From Oligoflexia bacterium (GTDB lineage: Bacteria; Bdellovibrionota; UBA1018; CAIMNF01): 64,000 bases of DNA. The translations under genes and the position numbers were made by a program. Positions within the stretch are counted from its first letter, which is position 1; the number at the start of each line of letters is the position of its first letter. Below the pieces are notes generated by a model, which ran no database searches, was not told where the DNA came from, and saw nothing but the letters and a program-made list of their open reading frames with translations. The DNA is taken from contig CAIKYX010000274.1 in the NCBI GenBank assembly GCA_903831745.1, forward strand, positions 25,063-89,062, given 5' to 3'. Shown here one piece after another: positions 37,649 through 46,227 of the stretch.

Positions 37649-37717
37649 TTAAGATAATTTTATAATTATGAATTAAATTAGTCAACTATTAACATTTAAA
37701 GCAAATTACTGTAATTA

Positions 37718-38656
37718 CTATGCTTTTATGAATCTTTCGACCAGTAAATTTACCAAATCGGCTTGATCAAGCGGAACACAATGACTTCCTTGGTTAACCG
37801 TAAATAACTCCGAATTCGGCAAAAGCTGCGCCATGAGTTTTTGAGTTTCGGCAGGGGTCACCCGATCTTTTTCGCCCGAAATGATCAAGGCAGGTTGAAG
37901 GATTTCATGAAGCCACGGAGTTGCATCGAAATGACGGTAATCATCCATCATGCGGGTCAGAACCACGGGCGGCAGGCTCGCGACTTGACCCGAGTACGTG
38001 CGAATGTCGTCGGGATGCGCAAGATTAGTATTAAAACCCAGTAGCCCCAGGGCTTCGACTGTAATTCGTGATTTCTCCTGTATCTTCCAGATGCGTTCGA
38101 TCCACTCGGGTTTCTCTTTCTCGAGGCGAGAGAGCACACTGAAAGCCGGCGCCAGGTAGCTTCCACCCAAAAGCGTATCAAGCGGATTTTTAGCAGTACC
38201 ATTGGCCAATACCAACTTCTTAACACGCTTGGGATACCGACGCGCAAATTCGAGCGCTACACTGACTCCCATGCTGTGCCCGAGAAGCACGGCACTTTCA
38301 ATCTCGAGAAAGTCGAGCACGGCCTTCAGGTCACGCACCGACGCATCGATGCTCAGGGTATCCAAATCAGCCGGAATAGGCGTGTGTCGATGCCCCCGGT
38401 AATCAAACCAGATACAACGGTGATTCTTTCTAAAATAATCGATTTGGTAGGTCCAATGAAGGGTCGAGCAGGCGATGCCGTAACAAAAGACGAGCGGGTC
38501 GCCTTCACCCTCGGAACAATAGAAGATCGGTGCACCATCGAAGCTGGTCAGCGTGCCGAAATTGAGCGGGTAATTGCCTCCCATATTCGGCTCATCCTGA
38601 AATTGAGAACGGGCACCTCGTGTACGAGGATGCCCGTTCGGCTTATCATCGGTCAT
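37718..38656 (-). CDS. Alpha/beta-hydrolase fold protein
   Basis: 'PLVFCYGIACS...HW', nucleophile elbow 'LLGHSMGVSVALEFA', and C-terminal acid/His region '...GEKDRVTP...GSHC'. Confidence 0.75.
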   Translation of the reverse strand: MTDDKPNGHPRTRGARSQFQDEPNMGGNYPLNFGTLTSFDGAPIFYCSEGEGDPLVFCYGIACSTLHWTYQIDYFRKNHRCIWFDYRGHRHTPIPADLDTLSIDASVRDLKAVLDFLEIESAVLLGHSMGVSVALEFARRYPKRVKKLVLANGTAKNPLDTLLGGSYLAPAFSVLSRLEKEKPEWIERIWKIQEKSRITVEALGLLGFNTNLAHPDDIRTYSGQVASLPPVVLTRMMDDYRHFDATPWLHEILQPALIISGEKDRVTPAETQKLMAQLLPNSELFTVNQGSHCVPLDQADLVNLLVERFIKA

Positions 38657-38681
38657 ATCTTTTTAGAGCACTAAACGGCAA

Positions 38682-39155
38682 TTACGCGCGCTTAAGGCTA
38701 AGTTCAAACCAGCTCTTCAACTGAGCTTTGAATTGAACGCGGTCGATCTCGCTCAGGTTATTGTAACTCTGAACGATCCACTTGAAAAAATCTTCATCCA
38801 GTTTTGGCACAACCAATACTGCTGGAGCATTCTCACCATTGTGTTCTGAATGCTGGCCTGCAATTTTGAAGGTCAACTTAGCTGCGTATTCTTTCTCCAT
38901 CAACAGCATCAATTCTTGCTCGTTGATTTCAAGCGCTCTCACGAGCGCTGTGATATGCACAGCTGGAACAGGAGTAATTCCTCGTTCAAGGTTCGACACG
39001 AATTGAGTTGTAACAGCAGGCTCGAACTTTTGTCCGAGTTCTTTTTGCGACAAACCCTTTTCTTCGCGTTTGGTACGGATGAAACTTCCGACCCAGTTAG
39101 GAGACCTAGCTAAACTTTTTTTATTCATATTTTCCATAGAGCCAGTGTAACGCAA
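38682..39155 (-). CDS. XRE-family HTH transcriptional regulator
   Basis: 'REEKGLSQKELGQKFEPAVTTQFVSNLERG' is an HTH_3-type helix-turn-helix. 157 aa with a C-terminal domain of unknown function. Confidence 0.7.
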   Translation of the reverse strand: MRYTGSMENMNKKSLARSPNWVGSFIRTKREEKGLSQKELGQKFEPAVTTQFVSNLERGITPVPAVHITALVRALEINEQELMLLMEKEYAAKLTFKIAGQHSEHNGENAPAVLVVPKLDEDFFKWIVQSYNNLSEIDRVQFKAQLKSWFELSLKRA

Positions 39156-39443
39156 AGCGTCAATTTACGCAACAATAAAAGTTTGGTATCATGAAATAAT
39201 TGAAAATTTCAAAGATTTCAATAGTTTATTAAATACATTATGTGTAAAAAATCAACCCAGAATCAGGAAATATTCACTGAAACCGTCAAACTCCTATCGG
39301 CATGATCTCATCAAACTTTAGAACTTTTTTTCAGACCAATTAGCGCGTCGTAACTGACACACTTTTTTGCGAACACGAAATTTGAGATACTGTAAATTCA
39401 TGCGAAATATGCAGGGTTTTTGCGTCAAAAAGTTTTCGTTGTA

Positions 39444-39944
39444 TTATGTTCCAGAATGGCTGGTGGGCGGTACTGAATTGCTCTTTGGGTAGAGCTGAAA
39501 CTTCTTACCGTCGTACCTTCTTAGAAAATTCATCGAAATCGATGCCGCTTCTTTGGTAAAAAGGCAGCGATCCGTCTCGTAAGTCTTGCCATCGAATCCG
39601 AATTTAATGTCTTCTACCACCCCACCCATCGATCTACAGATTCTCTTTGCAGGCTCCGCGGAGCGTGTGTTCGCAACAGGCATGGCCTTGCCGTTCTTAA
39701 GCATTTGAAGTGCCTCGCAATTCTTCTTCAATTCATATGCGGGATCACACTTTACCGAATAAAAGAAAGTCGGATCACTCCGGTAGACACAAATGGGGTT
39801 TGATTCACTATAAAGTTTGTTTCCGTGCTCGGATTTGATTTCAACAATCGTGCAGGTGTAATCCTTGGGCCCCCCAGTTGCAAAACACACGTTCGTCGAA
39901 ATCAGCAACACGCCCATAAAAATAATTTTTAGTTTTACGTTCAT
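39444..39944 (-). CDS. Small secreted Cys-containing hypothetical protein
   Basis: In-frame 'MNVKLKIIFMGVLLISTNVCFATGG' signal peptide at 39944 (the track starts at 40004, inside the peptidase gene). Paired Cys residues. Sits immediately downstream of the C1 peptidase. Confidence 0.45.
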   Translation of the reverse strand: MNVKLKIIFMGVLLISTNVCFATGGPKDYTCTIVEIKSEHGNKLYSESNPICVYRSDPTFFYSVKCDPAYELKKNCEALQMLKNGKAMPVANTRSAEPAKRICRSMGGVVEDIKFGFDGKTYETDRCLFTKEAASISMNFLRRYDGKKFQLYPKSNSVPPTSHSGT

Positions 39945-41095
39945 GTTCCCCCCAAAGTACCGACGACAGTTAAATTTTTCTCCAAATCCCAATCCGATAT
40001 CCAAAAATATCCGGGAGCTTGATCATCAGCCCAACTACGCCCGGTACCGGTGGGCTTCCAGTTTTTGCCCCAAGAGTTTTTAACCTTATAGGCACAAAAT
40101 CCGCCTTCCTTGGTTTGAACCCAATGACGACCAGTGATCAGACTTTCATGCAATGCATGCTTTAAATTGGTTTCGGGATCATTCGACAGCCCCAGCCCCT
40201 TGGTCGAGTATCCAATTCCAACCGGCTTTTTTGCATCAAGCTGTTTTTGTAACATCTGAAAAGAATGGGCAAGCTTGTTTCGATTCTGACACATGCCTCC
40301 CGAGCAATCGTCATAGGTTTGAGATTCTTGAGTCCTCGCTCCAAAGGTCTTCTTTACATCGATTGCTTTGGGCTCGCAATAATCCGTGATTAATCCGACA
40401 TAAAAATCAGAGGCATCCGCCATGCGGCTCTCTATTCTATTTCCTTTGACCTCCGTAACCTTGGTTGCAATCTCGTCTTGCAATTGTTTTTCAGTGATAT
40501 TGGGCATCACCAACTTCACTGCATTGAACAGGTCCGAGTAATATTGATTGCATTGATCAGGCGGCGCTTTTCCATCCAGTTTCAATTTCAGGTCCAAGTA
40601 ATAATCCAGGATTCTCTGATAGTCGGACGCTTCCTCGTTTCCGTATTTGGGATCCACCTTCATGTATTTTCCGCGGTGAACATCAACCGACTCGAGGGTG
40701 CTGTTCGAACAAATTCCTTCATCAGCATAGGCCATTGCTTTCTTGAAATGCCCACCATTAAAGCCAGAAATTTTACCCATATCATCGGAGGTATTTTTCT
40801 TACGGAACATTTCGTCTTCTCCATCGCCGTAAACCGAGGCCAGGTACTCGGCCGATATAGGCACCTGAGAAGTGCCGTTTAGATCGAAATTAATGGCAGA
40901 GGCCGCAGCATAGGCATAGCAACTCCCTCCTTCATGCTGGTCATAGACCGGTCCGGTTTTACTCGATACGTCGACGTCCGAACATTGCGCTTGGCTCGGA
41001 GTAACGAGTGAAGATTCTGGTAGCGAAACAATATTTTCTTCGGCTTTAGCCGTACTTATTAACATCATCTGAAATAAAAACAGAACTTTGATCAT
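39941..41095 (-). CDS. Secreted papain-like cysteine peptidase (family C1)
   Basis: Signal peptide 'MIKVLFLFQMMLISTAKA' from ATG 41095. 'QHEGGSCYAYAAASAI' carries the catalytic Gln/Cys block. 'GRHWVQ...NSWGKNWKPTG...GYFWIS' carries the His/Asn/Trp block of the papain fold. Confidence 0.75.
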   Translation of the reverse strand: MIKVLFLFQMMLISTAKAEENIVSLPESSLVTPSQAQCSDVDVSSKTGPVYDQHEGGSCYAYAAASAINFDLNGTSQVPISAEYLASVYGDGEDEMFRKKNTSDDMGKISGFNGGHFKKAMAYADEGICSNSTLESVDVHRGKYMKVDPKYGNEEASDYQRILDYYLDLKLKLDGKAPPDQCNQYYSDLFNAVKLVMPNITEKQLQDEIATKVTEVKGNRIESRMADASDFYVGLITDYCEPKAIDVKKTFGARTQESQTYDDCSGGMCQNRNKLAHSFQMLQKQLDAKKPVGIGYSTKGLGLSNDPETNLKHALHESLITGRHWVQTKEGGFCAYKVKNSWGKNWKPTGTGRSWADDQAPGYFWISDWDLEKNLTVVGTLGGT

Positions 41096-41302
41096 GCATC
41101 CCCCACGGTATTTCAATACGTCGATACCAAACTTAATGGTAGCACGATGATTATTCGATTTGATCGGCAAATATTACCGGTAGTGCGTTCAAAATGGTGT
41201 AGCTGCGAAGTTGAATTTCAAAAAGCGAAGGAGATGTACTGTACCGGTACTTCGACTGAGGTTTTTCAAATTCAACGCAGCAGATGCGCCATTTTCAACG
41301 CG

Positions 41303-43210
41303 CTACTTAAAAACCCAGTCCATCCACGGAAACATCCACTCTGCATACCCCTGCGTCTGCACCCCACTATCGCGCGCGACCCGCATCCACGCCTGCTTAC
41401 AAAGCAAACCATGACAACGCCCTTGGGCAGCTTCAGAAAGCTGAGTCAGCGCTTCGAGAGAATCAGGCCGAGTGGCTTCGCATTTGGTGCGTAAATCGTC
41501 GGTCGAAACTTCTGAGCAAGGACACAAATGAGATGAAGGCCCATGCACTCGGGTAAAACGAATTGCCATTCCTTGATGGATCTTACTCGTACACGCAAGC
41601 GTTCGCACGCCGTCGACTTCGATCTGGCAAAGGCCGCAACTGCCGTCTTCGCAAATCAGAATGTCATTGGGCCTGCTCATGCCGATTTCGAAAAGCGCAA
41701 CCGAAACCAACTGGCCTTCGCGCACGCGTCTCACGTCTCCTTGAATCTGCACTTCAACGCGGTTTCCGCCTTCTTCGTAGAGTTCGGTCACAGTGCCATC
41801 GGGCGGAGCCTGGGTAATCGGAATCACTCCGCGAACATCCCAAGCCAAATGTGAAGGCACTTCGAATTTATAAAGTGGCACTTCACCATCTAGAAACTGA
41901 TCGAGCACTTTCGAAGTAACGAGTACGTCGCCCTTGCGATTCAAAAGCCCGATGCGGTCGCCTTTTTTGATGGGTGATTTCTCGCGGTACGGAAAAATCA
42001 AAGTAGAATAACTTTCGGCAACATCGCCCTCGAACATCATCGGAACCTGGCTTGGGCAGGCTTGCAGACAAAAGCCACAGCCGGTGCAAAGATCTTCGAG
42101 CAAAAACTGTTTGGTGCCACCCTTGGGCTCGCGTTCGATTTTGATGGCGCCGGTTGGACACGCCTTCTCGCAGACCCGACAACCGATGGCTTCGATACAT
42201 TCGATCGATGCGAGAGTCTTGCCTGCGGTGGGCTTCTTTAGCGTTCCCGGAAATTCAGTCAGCTTGAGCTTACTTTCACTGCTCAGCCATTTTCCGTCAA
42301 ACGACCATTTAAAACGATGTTCATCGAGTGTTTCGAGTTCGCGTAACTTTTGCTTGCTCTGCCAGATGTTCTTATCGAGCTGAGATTTGAATTCCGATGT
42401 CTGTTCTTTGAGTCCTTTGATCAGGCGACCGGCAAGAATCATCGCGCGATGTTCATCCAAAAGCACATGCTCGACATCCTGGTTGAGGGCATCGACTTCA
42501 GTGTTTTCCCATTCGATCAAATGCGAACCGGGTGGATATTCACGAAAGCCTGCATCTTCATCAAACGGCCCCACCGAAATGATCCGGGCGGCATCGAGAA
42601 CACGGGTACCATTCTCGTCCTGAACTTTCAGCTCCCAAAGGAAGGGCGATTTTTGAACGAGCTGCATGAGTTTTCCAAAAATGATCTTGCCACCGAGAAT
42701 CTCATAGCGTCGGCGCTCGACTTCCCAACCCTGAACATGATCGTAAACAGATTCAACACAGACCACGCGATTGGCAGTTTTGGATTGCATGAGTTCGGCA
42801 CCCAGCCTGAGTGCGCGATTGCCGCTACCCAGAATGACCACAATCGGATTCCAATTCAATTTTCCCTGGGCAAGAAGCTTTTTGGCCGCAGACTCAGGAA
42901 CGAGACCGGGCGAATACCAACCGGTAAACGGAAGCGGCAAATTCAATTCAGGAACGATCTTTACCACGGCTTTCGAAGTAATCCGGTGCAAACGCTTTTG
43001 CGCGTCTTCGACCATGACTACCCCACCACTTCCTTCGAGTGGAATCACACCGCGAACATTCATTCCCGATCCACCATACCAACCAACCCGAAGCCCCGCA
43101 TCGGCGCAATGGCGCGATAACACGCGCGCACCTTGCGTTGGCCAAAGCGAGAGTCTCGGCCCCGAGAGAATGGCGACATCGACATTTCCATCCCTAACTT
43201 TAAACTCCAT
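41303..43210 (-). CDS. Multi-cluster iron-sulfur protein: Rossmann-like N-terminus + 2x[4Fe-4S] ferredoxin + [2Fe-2S] (Fer2_4-like) + BFD-like [2Fe-2S] domain
   Basis: 'CIEAIGCRVCEKACP' and 'CTGCGFCLQACP' are two CxxCxxCxxxCP motifs. 'CEDGSCGLCQIEVDG...LAC' is 2Fe-2S sarcosine-oxidase-alpha/HcnA-like. 'CPCSEV...GRCHGLLC' is BFD-like. 'IVVILGSGNRALRLGAEL' is Rossmann-like. Confidence 0.65.
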   Translation of the reverse strand: MEFKVRDGNVDVAILSGPRLSLWPTQGARVLSRHCADAGLRVGWYGGSGMNVRGVIPLEGSGGVVMVEDAQKRLHRITSKAVVKIVPELNLPLPFTGWYSPGLVPESAAKKLLAQGKLNWNPIVVILGSGNRALRLGAELMQSKTANRVVCVESVYDHVQGWEVERRRYEILGGKIIFGKLMQLVQKSPFLWELKVQDENGTRVLDAARIISVGPFDEDAGFREYPPGSHLIEWENTEVDALNQDVEHVLLDEHRAMILAGRLIKGLKEQTSEFKSQLDKNIWQSKQKLRELETLDEHRFKWSFDGKWLSSESKLKLTEFPGTLKKPTAGKTLASIECIEAIGCRVCEKACPTGAIKIEREPKGGTKQFLLEDLCTGCGFCLQACPSQVPMMFEGDVAESYSTLIFPYREKSPIKKGDRIGLLNRKGDVLVTSKVLDQFLDGEVPLYKFEVPSHLAWDVRGVIPITQAPPDGTVTELYEEGGNRVEVQIQGDVRRVREGQLVSVALFEIGMSRPNDILICEDGSCGLCQIEVDGVRTLACTSKIHQGMAIRFTRVHGPSSHLCPCSEVSTDDLRTKCEATRPDSLEALTQLSEAAQGRCHGLLCKQAWMRVARDSGVQTQGYAEWMFPWMDWVFK

Positions 43211-44381
43211 CGATGGTTTTCCTCACTTGGTTCGCGATCCAATGCAATGGGCCGTCACAGGCCTGAATGATCATCGAACGCATGCCACCCGAATCAAAAT
43301 GAATGGGCGACGTCGATTTCCAGCGGTACGTATGGCGGGGCGATATCTTGCGCACCGTAAAACGCTCCCAACCCATGAACTGAAAAATCATGCGGGATAA
43401 ATCTTGAATCGATTGTTCGCCGACCAATGAATCCGATTCCTCACGCCTCAGAATACGAACGCGGCTCCAACCGCCGGGCGGAGGCGCGCCTTCACCGTGC
43501 GACCAAATCCGCACACTTTCGAGATGGGCGACGACCGATGGATCAACTGGATTTCGAGAGAGCACGTCCCACTCTTCCCAAAGGCTTTTCTTGACTGAGG
43601 CGTTGAATTCGATCAGCGCGCGAGGTTCGTATTTTTCTAGGTTCGCTCGAAGCAAGCGCTCCATACGCGGAGTCCAAAAATAGAGAATGGCTCGACCCAC
43701 TTGAATGGTTCGCGGCGGGCCCGACGACAGTTGAAACCTGACACCTTTCGAATCAGCACTGAGAACATGTGCAGAAGTAAGAATATTTTCTCGTCCCAGA
43801 CGCTCGCGCACAAACTCGAGAAGCCCCGTGCGGTAACGGACGACATCGATATCACCAAAACGGGGGCCTAAGAACCCCACCCAATTTTCGAGATTTCGTG
43901 ATTCGAGATTTTTAGCCGAAAAACCGGGAAACCGTTTGGCAAGCGACACGCCCTCGAGCCATTTGGGCTTCCAGCCAAGATCGAGCGCACGTAAATAGAG
44001 ATTTTCGAGATGCTCGACCTTGTTGCTGCGTTCGGGAGCAACCCAGAGTCGGTAGCGTGAACGAATCCACGGCGCATTTTCGACTTTGTAATTTGGACTC
44101 TGAACACGGTCGTCCTCTTCTTTCCAGGTTTCGATAGCACCCGGAAATTCCGGAATCAGATCCCGGTAGATTCGGTCAGGAAGATTTTCTGAAAACCGTT
44201 CCGACAAATCAGAAGTGGCATCCACCCGCAACAGATCGAGCGGAAGCTCGGAATTCTCGAGAAAGAAATCTGCATCCGGATTCAGAATCGCGACCGTATC
44301 TCCGCGGTTCGACAACCGCTGTGCAGCGAGCAGAGGCGCAGCCCCTGTTCCCACCAGCAGGTAATCTACCGCGAGTTTCAT
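43200..44381 (-). CDS. FAD-binding Rossmann protein with lycopene-cyclase (CrtY)-like N-terminus
   Basis: 'DYLLVGTGAAPLLAAQRLSNRGDTVAILNPD' resembles the CrtY-family dinucleotide-binding N-terminus ('DLILVGAGLANGLIALRL'). Overlaps the Fe-S gene by 11 nt. The rest has no recognisable family. Confidence 0.45.
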   Translation of the reverse strand: MKLAVDYLLVGTGAAPLLAAQRLSNRGDTVAILNPDADFFLENSELPLDLLRVDATSDLSERFSENLPDRIYRDLIPEFPGAIETWKEEDDRVQSPNYKVENAPWIRSRYRLWVAPERSNKVEHLENLYLRALDLGWKPKWLEGVSLAKRFPGFSAKNLESRNLENWVGFLGPRFGDIDVVRYRTGLLEFVRERLGRENILTSAHVLSADSKGVRFQLSSGPPRTIQVGRAILYFWTPRMERLLRANLEKYEPRALIEFNASVKKSLWEEWDVLSRNPVDPSVVAHLESVRIWSHGEGAPPPGGWSRVRILRREESDSLVGEQSIQDLSRMIFQFMGWERFTVRKISPRHTYRWKSTSPIHFDSGGMRSMIIQACDGPLHWIANQVRKTIDGV

Positions 44382-45565
44382 GGTTGCTTCTCATGGGCCA
44401 AGGTTCCCATGACCCGAAGTAAGGCGACTTTTTGTTGCGCGCGCTTGTATTCACCATGCGCGCTCCGCCCTTTTTCATTTTCGATATAGCTCGACTGATC
44501 CATGACCTGAATCTCGAACGGATAGAAGAACCGGATGATCCGTTGAACCGGTGTTGCCCCGATCTTGTCGATCGCAGCTTGAACTACAGGATCAAGCGTC
44601 TGATTCTTGCTTGCATTCTTGAGTTCACGCAATTGATCAGCCAGCGTGCTTCGCACTTTGATCAATTGGCGGCAGGTAAACTGAATCGCACGGTAATGCT
44701 CAGAGCTGAATGAATTTTCGCCACTCTTGCTTTTAGAAAACGCCGTGGCCTCGAGCTGGGCTTCTAGTTCGGCGTCATCAAGATCGGTGCGGGCAAGCAA
44801 TTCACGAAAGGATTCCGTGTCGATCAACGTGTTTCTCGAACGACTCGGCTTGATGTTGGCCGCGACAATGATATTTGCTTGCTCGAGAAAATGAACCACG
44901 CGGATGGCATCGACCCGACTTCGAGTAATAAACCTGAGGCCCACTCGATCAAAAAGCTCTTCGGCGACGCTCTCTGGCTTATGCAGCAACTTCATCAAGG
45001 TACTGTCACGTGCTTTTTTCGGTTTGATCTGAAACTCGACGAGATCAACCCTGAGTGGATCTTCGCTTGAGGTGGCGATGTAAAGCTGTCCGTTTTCATC
45101 GCGATGCAGGTACCGGTAGAAACGATCAAAAATTTGTTTTTGAATTTCGCCAAAATACTGGGTACGAATATCGCGGTCGATGTGATTGATCGCATGAACC
45201 ACACGCAAGATCGCACACGCCCAATTACGGGATTCGGAATCGATTTCGGCGCTGGCTTGAATCAGAAGGCCACGCACATCGGTGACATCGAGACGTTTCG
45301 GCATTTCGATCGAGAGACCATCACGGTTTTCGGGTTTTAAAAAATAGCGGCGAATAAATCGAACGGCCTCTTGAAGATTTCCTTGAAGCTCGGCAAGCTC
45401 GATCGGATCGAGCACGTCATAGCCATAAGCATTTAAGAAACGCTCGGCTTCATTGGCATCCTTGAAGCTTCCCTTGAATCCGTTTTTCGAATCCAGAAAC
45501 GAGACGCCCCCGATCAATACGCCGAAAACGCTTTCTCCAATTCGCCATTTCGCAGATTTTGACAT
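44378..45565 (-). CDS. RelA/SpoT-like nucleotidyltransferase-domain protein with ~190-aa unassigned N-terminal domain
   Basis: Ordered motifs: 'KPKKARDSTLMKLLHK' (RxKxxxSxxxK-like), 'FDRVGLRFI' (DxxGxRxI), 'EHYRAIQFT' (GYxSxH-like), 'PFEIQVMDQ' (ExQxRT-like). ATGA overlap with the downstream FAD-protein gene. Confidence 0.5.
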   Translation of the reverse strand: MSKSAKWRIGESVFGVLIGGVSFLDSKNGFKGSFKDANEAERFLNAYGYDVLDPIELAELQGNLQEAVRFIRRYFLKPENRDGLSIEMPKRLDVTDVRGLLIQASAEIDSESRNWACAILRVVHAINHIDRDIRTQYFGEIQKQIFDRFYRYLHRDENGQLYIATSSEDPLRVDLVEFQIKPKKARDSTLMKLLHKPESVAEELFDRVGLRFITRSRVDAIRVVHFLEQANIIVAANIKPSRSRNTLIDTESFRELLARTDLDDAELEAQLEATAFSKSKSGENSFSSEHYRAIQFTCRQLIKVRSTLADQLRELKNASKNQTLDPVVQAAIDKIGATPVQRIIRFFYPFEIQVMDQSSYIENEKGRSAHGEYKRAQQKVALLRVMGTLAHEKQP

Positions 45566-45654
45566 TTAGCTACTACCGTATCCATGAATGGCGCAATCTT
45601 CAACGAAAACTTGATCGACTTCGCTGCGCCGCTCTGTTAGTTTAATCCGTAACC

Positions 45655-46152
45655 ATGCTAAAACTCAAGGGTTTGATCGTTACCTTAATCGCGACTGCAC
45701 TGGGCTCGGGCTTTACACCCAAAGCACCCGGAACTGCAGGCACTGTCGTTGGGATGTTTTTAGTTTACCTCATCCGAGGTTGGGATTTTCAGTCACAAGC
45801 AGCCTTCGGTATTTTGCTTTTTCTGGTCGGCTGGTGGGCTACGCTGGTTTGGAGCCGAAACGTGCAACAAACCGATTCTCAGAAAATCGTCATCGACGAG
45901 GTTCTGGGCTATATGGTGGCCATGGGAACCCTTCCAAGAACGGCAACCGTACTTCTCGTGCAATTCGTGCTGTTTCGCATTTTTGATTCACTGAAACCGC
46001 CTCCCATCCGTCAATTCGACCGCTGGGGCAAGAACTTCAAAATCGGCCCCGCCCAGTCGTTCATGGTCATTTGGGACGATTTGCTGGCCGGAATGCTTTC
46101 GCTTGCCGTCTTTCTTGCGCTCGCCAAATTCTTTCCGGAATACCTTAAATAG
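45655..46152 (+). CDS. pgpA: Phosphatidylglycerophosphatase A
   Basis: 'LGSGFTPKAPGTAGTVVGMFLVYLI' and 'DEVLGYMVAM' are PgpA signatures. 165 aa integral membrane protein. Confidence 0.8.
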   Translation: MLKLKGLIVTLIATALGSGFTPKAPGTAGTVVGMFLVYLIRGWDFQSQAAFGILLFLVGWWATLVWSRNVQQTDSQKIVIDEVLGYMVAMGTLPRTATVLLVQFVLFRIFDSLKPPPIRQFDRWGKNFKIGPAQSFMVIWDDLLAGMLSLAVFLALAKFFPEYLK

Positions 46153-46227
46153 TTTTAGTTTAAAATTGCACCTCACCTGATATTTTCTTTATAAAGCTCA
46201 GCGGATTCAGTATAATTCGCCGAAGCT

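Noticed and set aside
37049-37657. 202-aa plus-strand ORF overlapping the secreted protein gene 36959-37648
   Set aside because: The opposite-strand frame has a clear signal peptide and SD. This one has none and a Cys/Phe-rich reverse-frame composition.
42350-43400. Plus-strand ORFs of 256 aa and 209 aa antisense to the Fe-S protein and FAD-protein genes
   Set aside because: The minus-strand frames carry ordered Fe-S cluster motifs and a Rossmann motif. The plus-strand frames are motif-less shadows.
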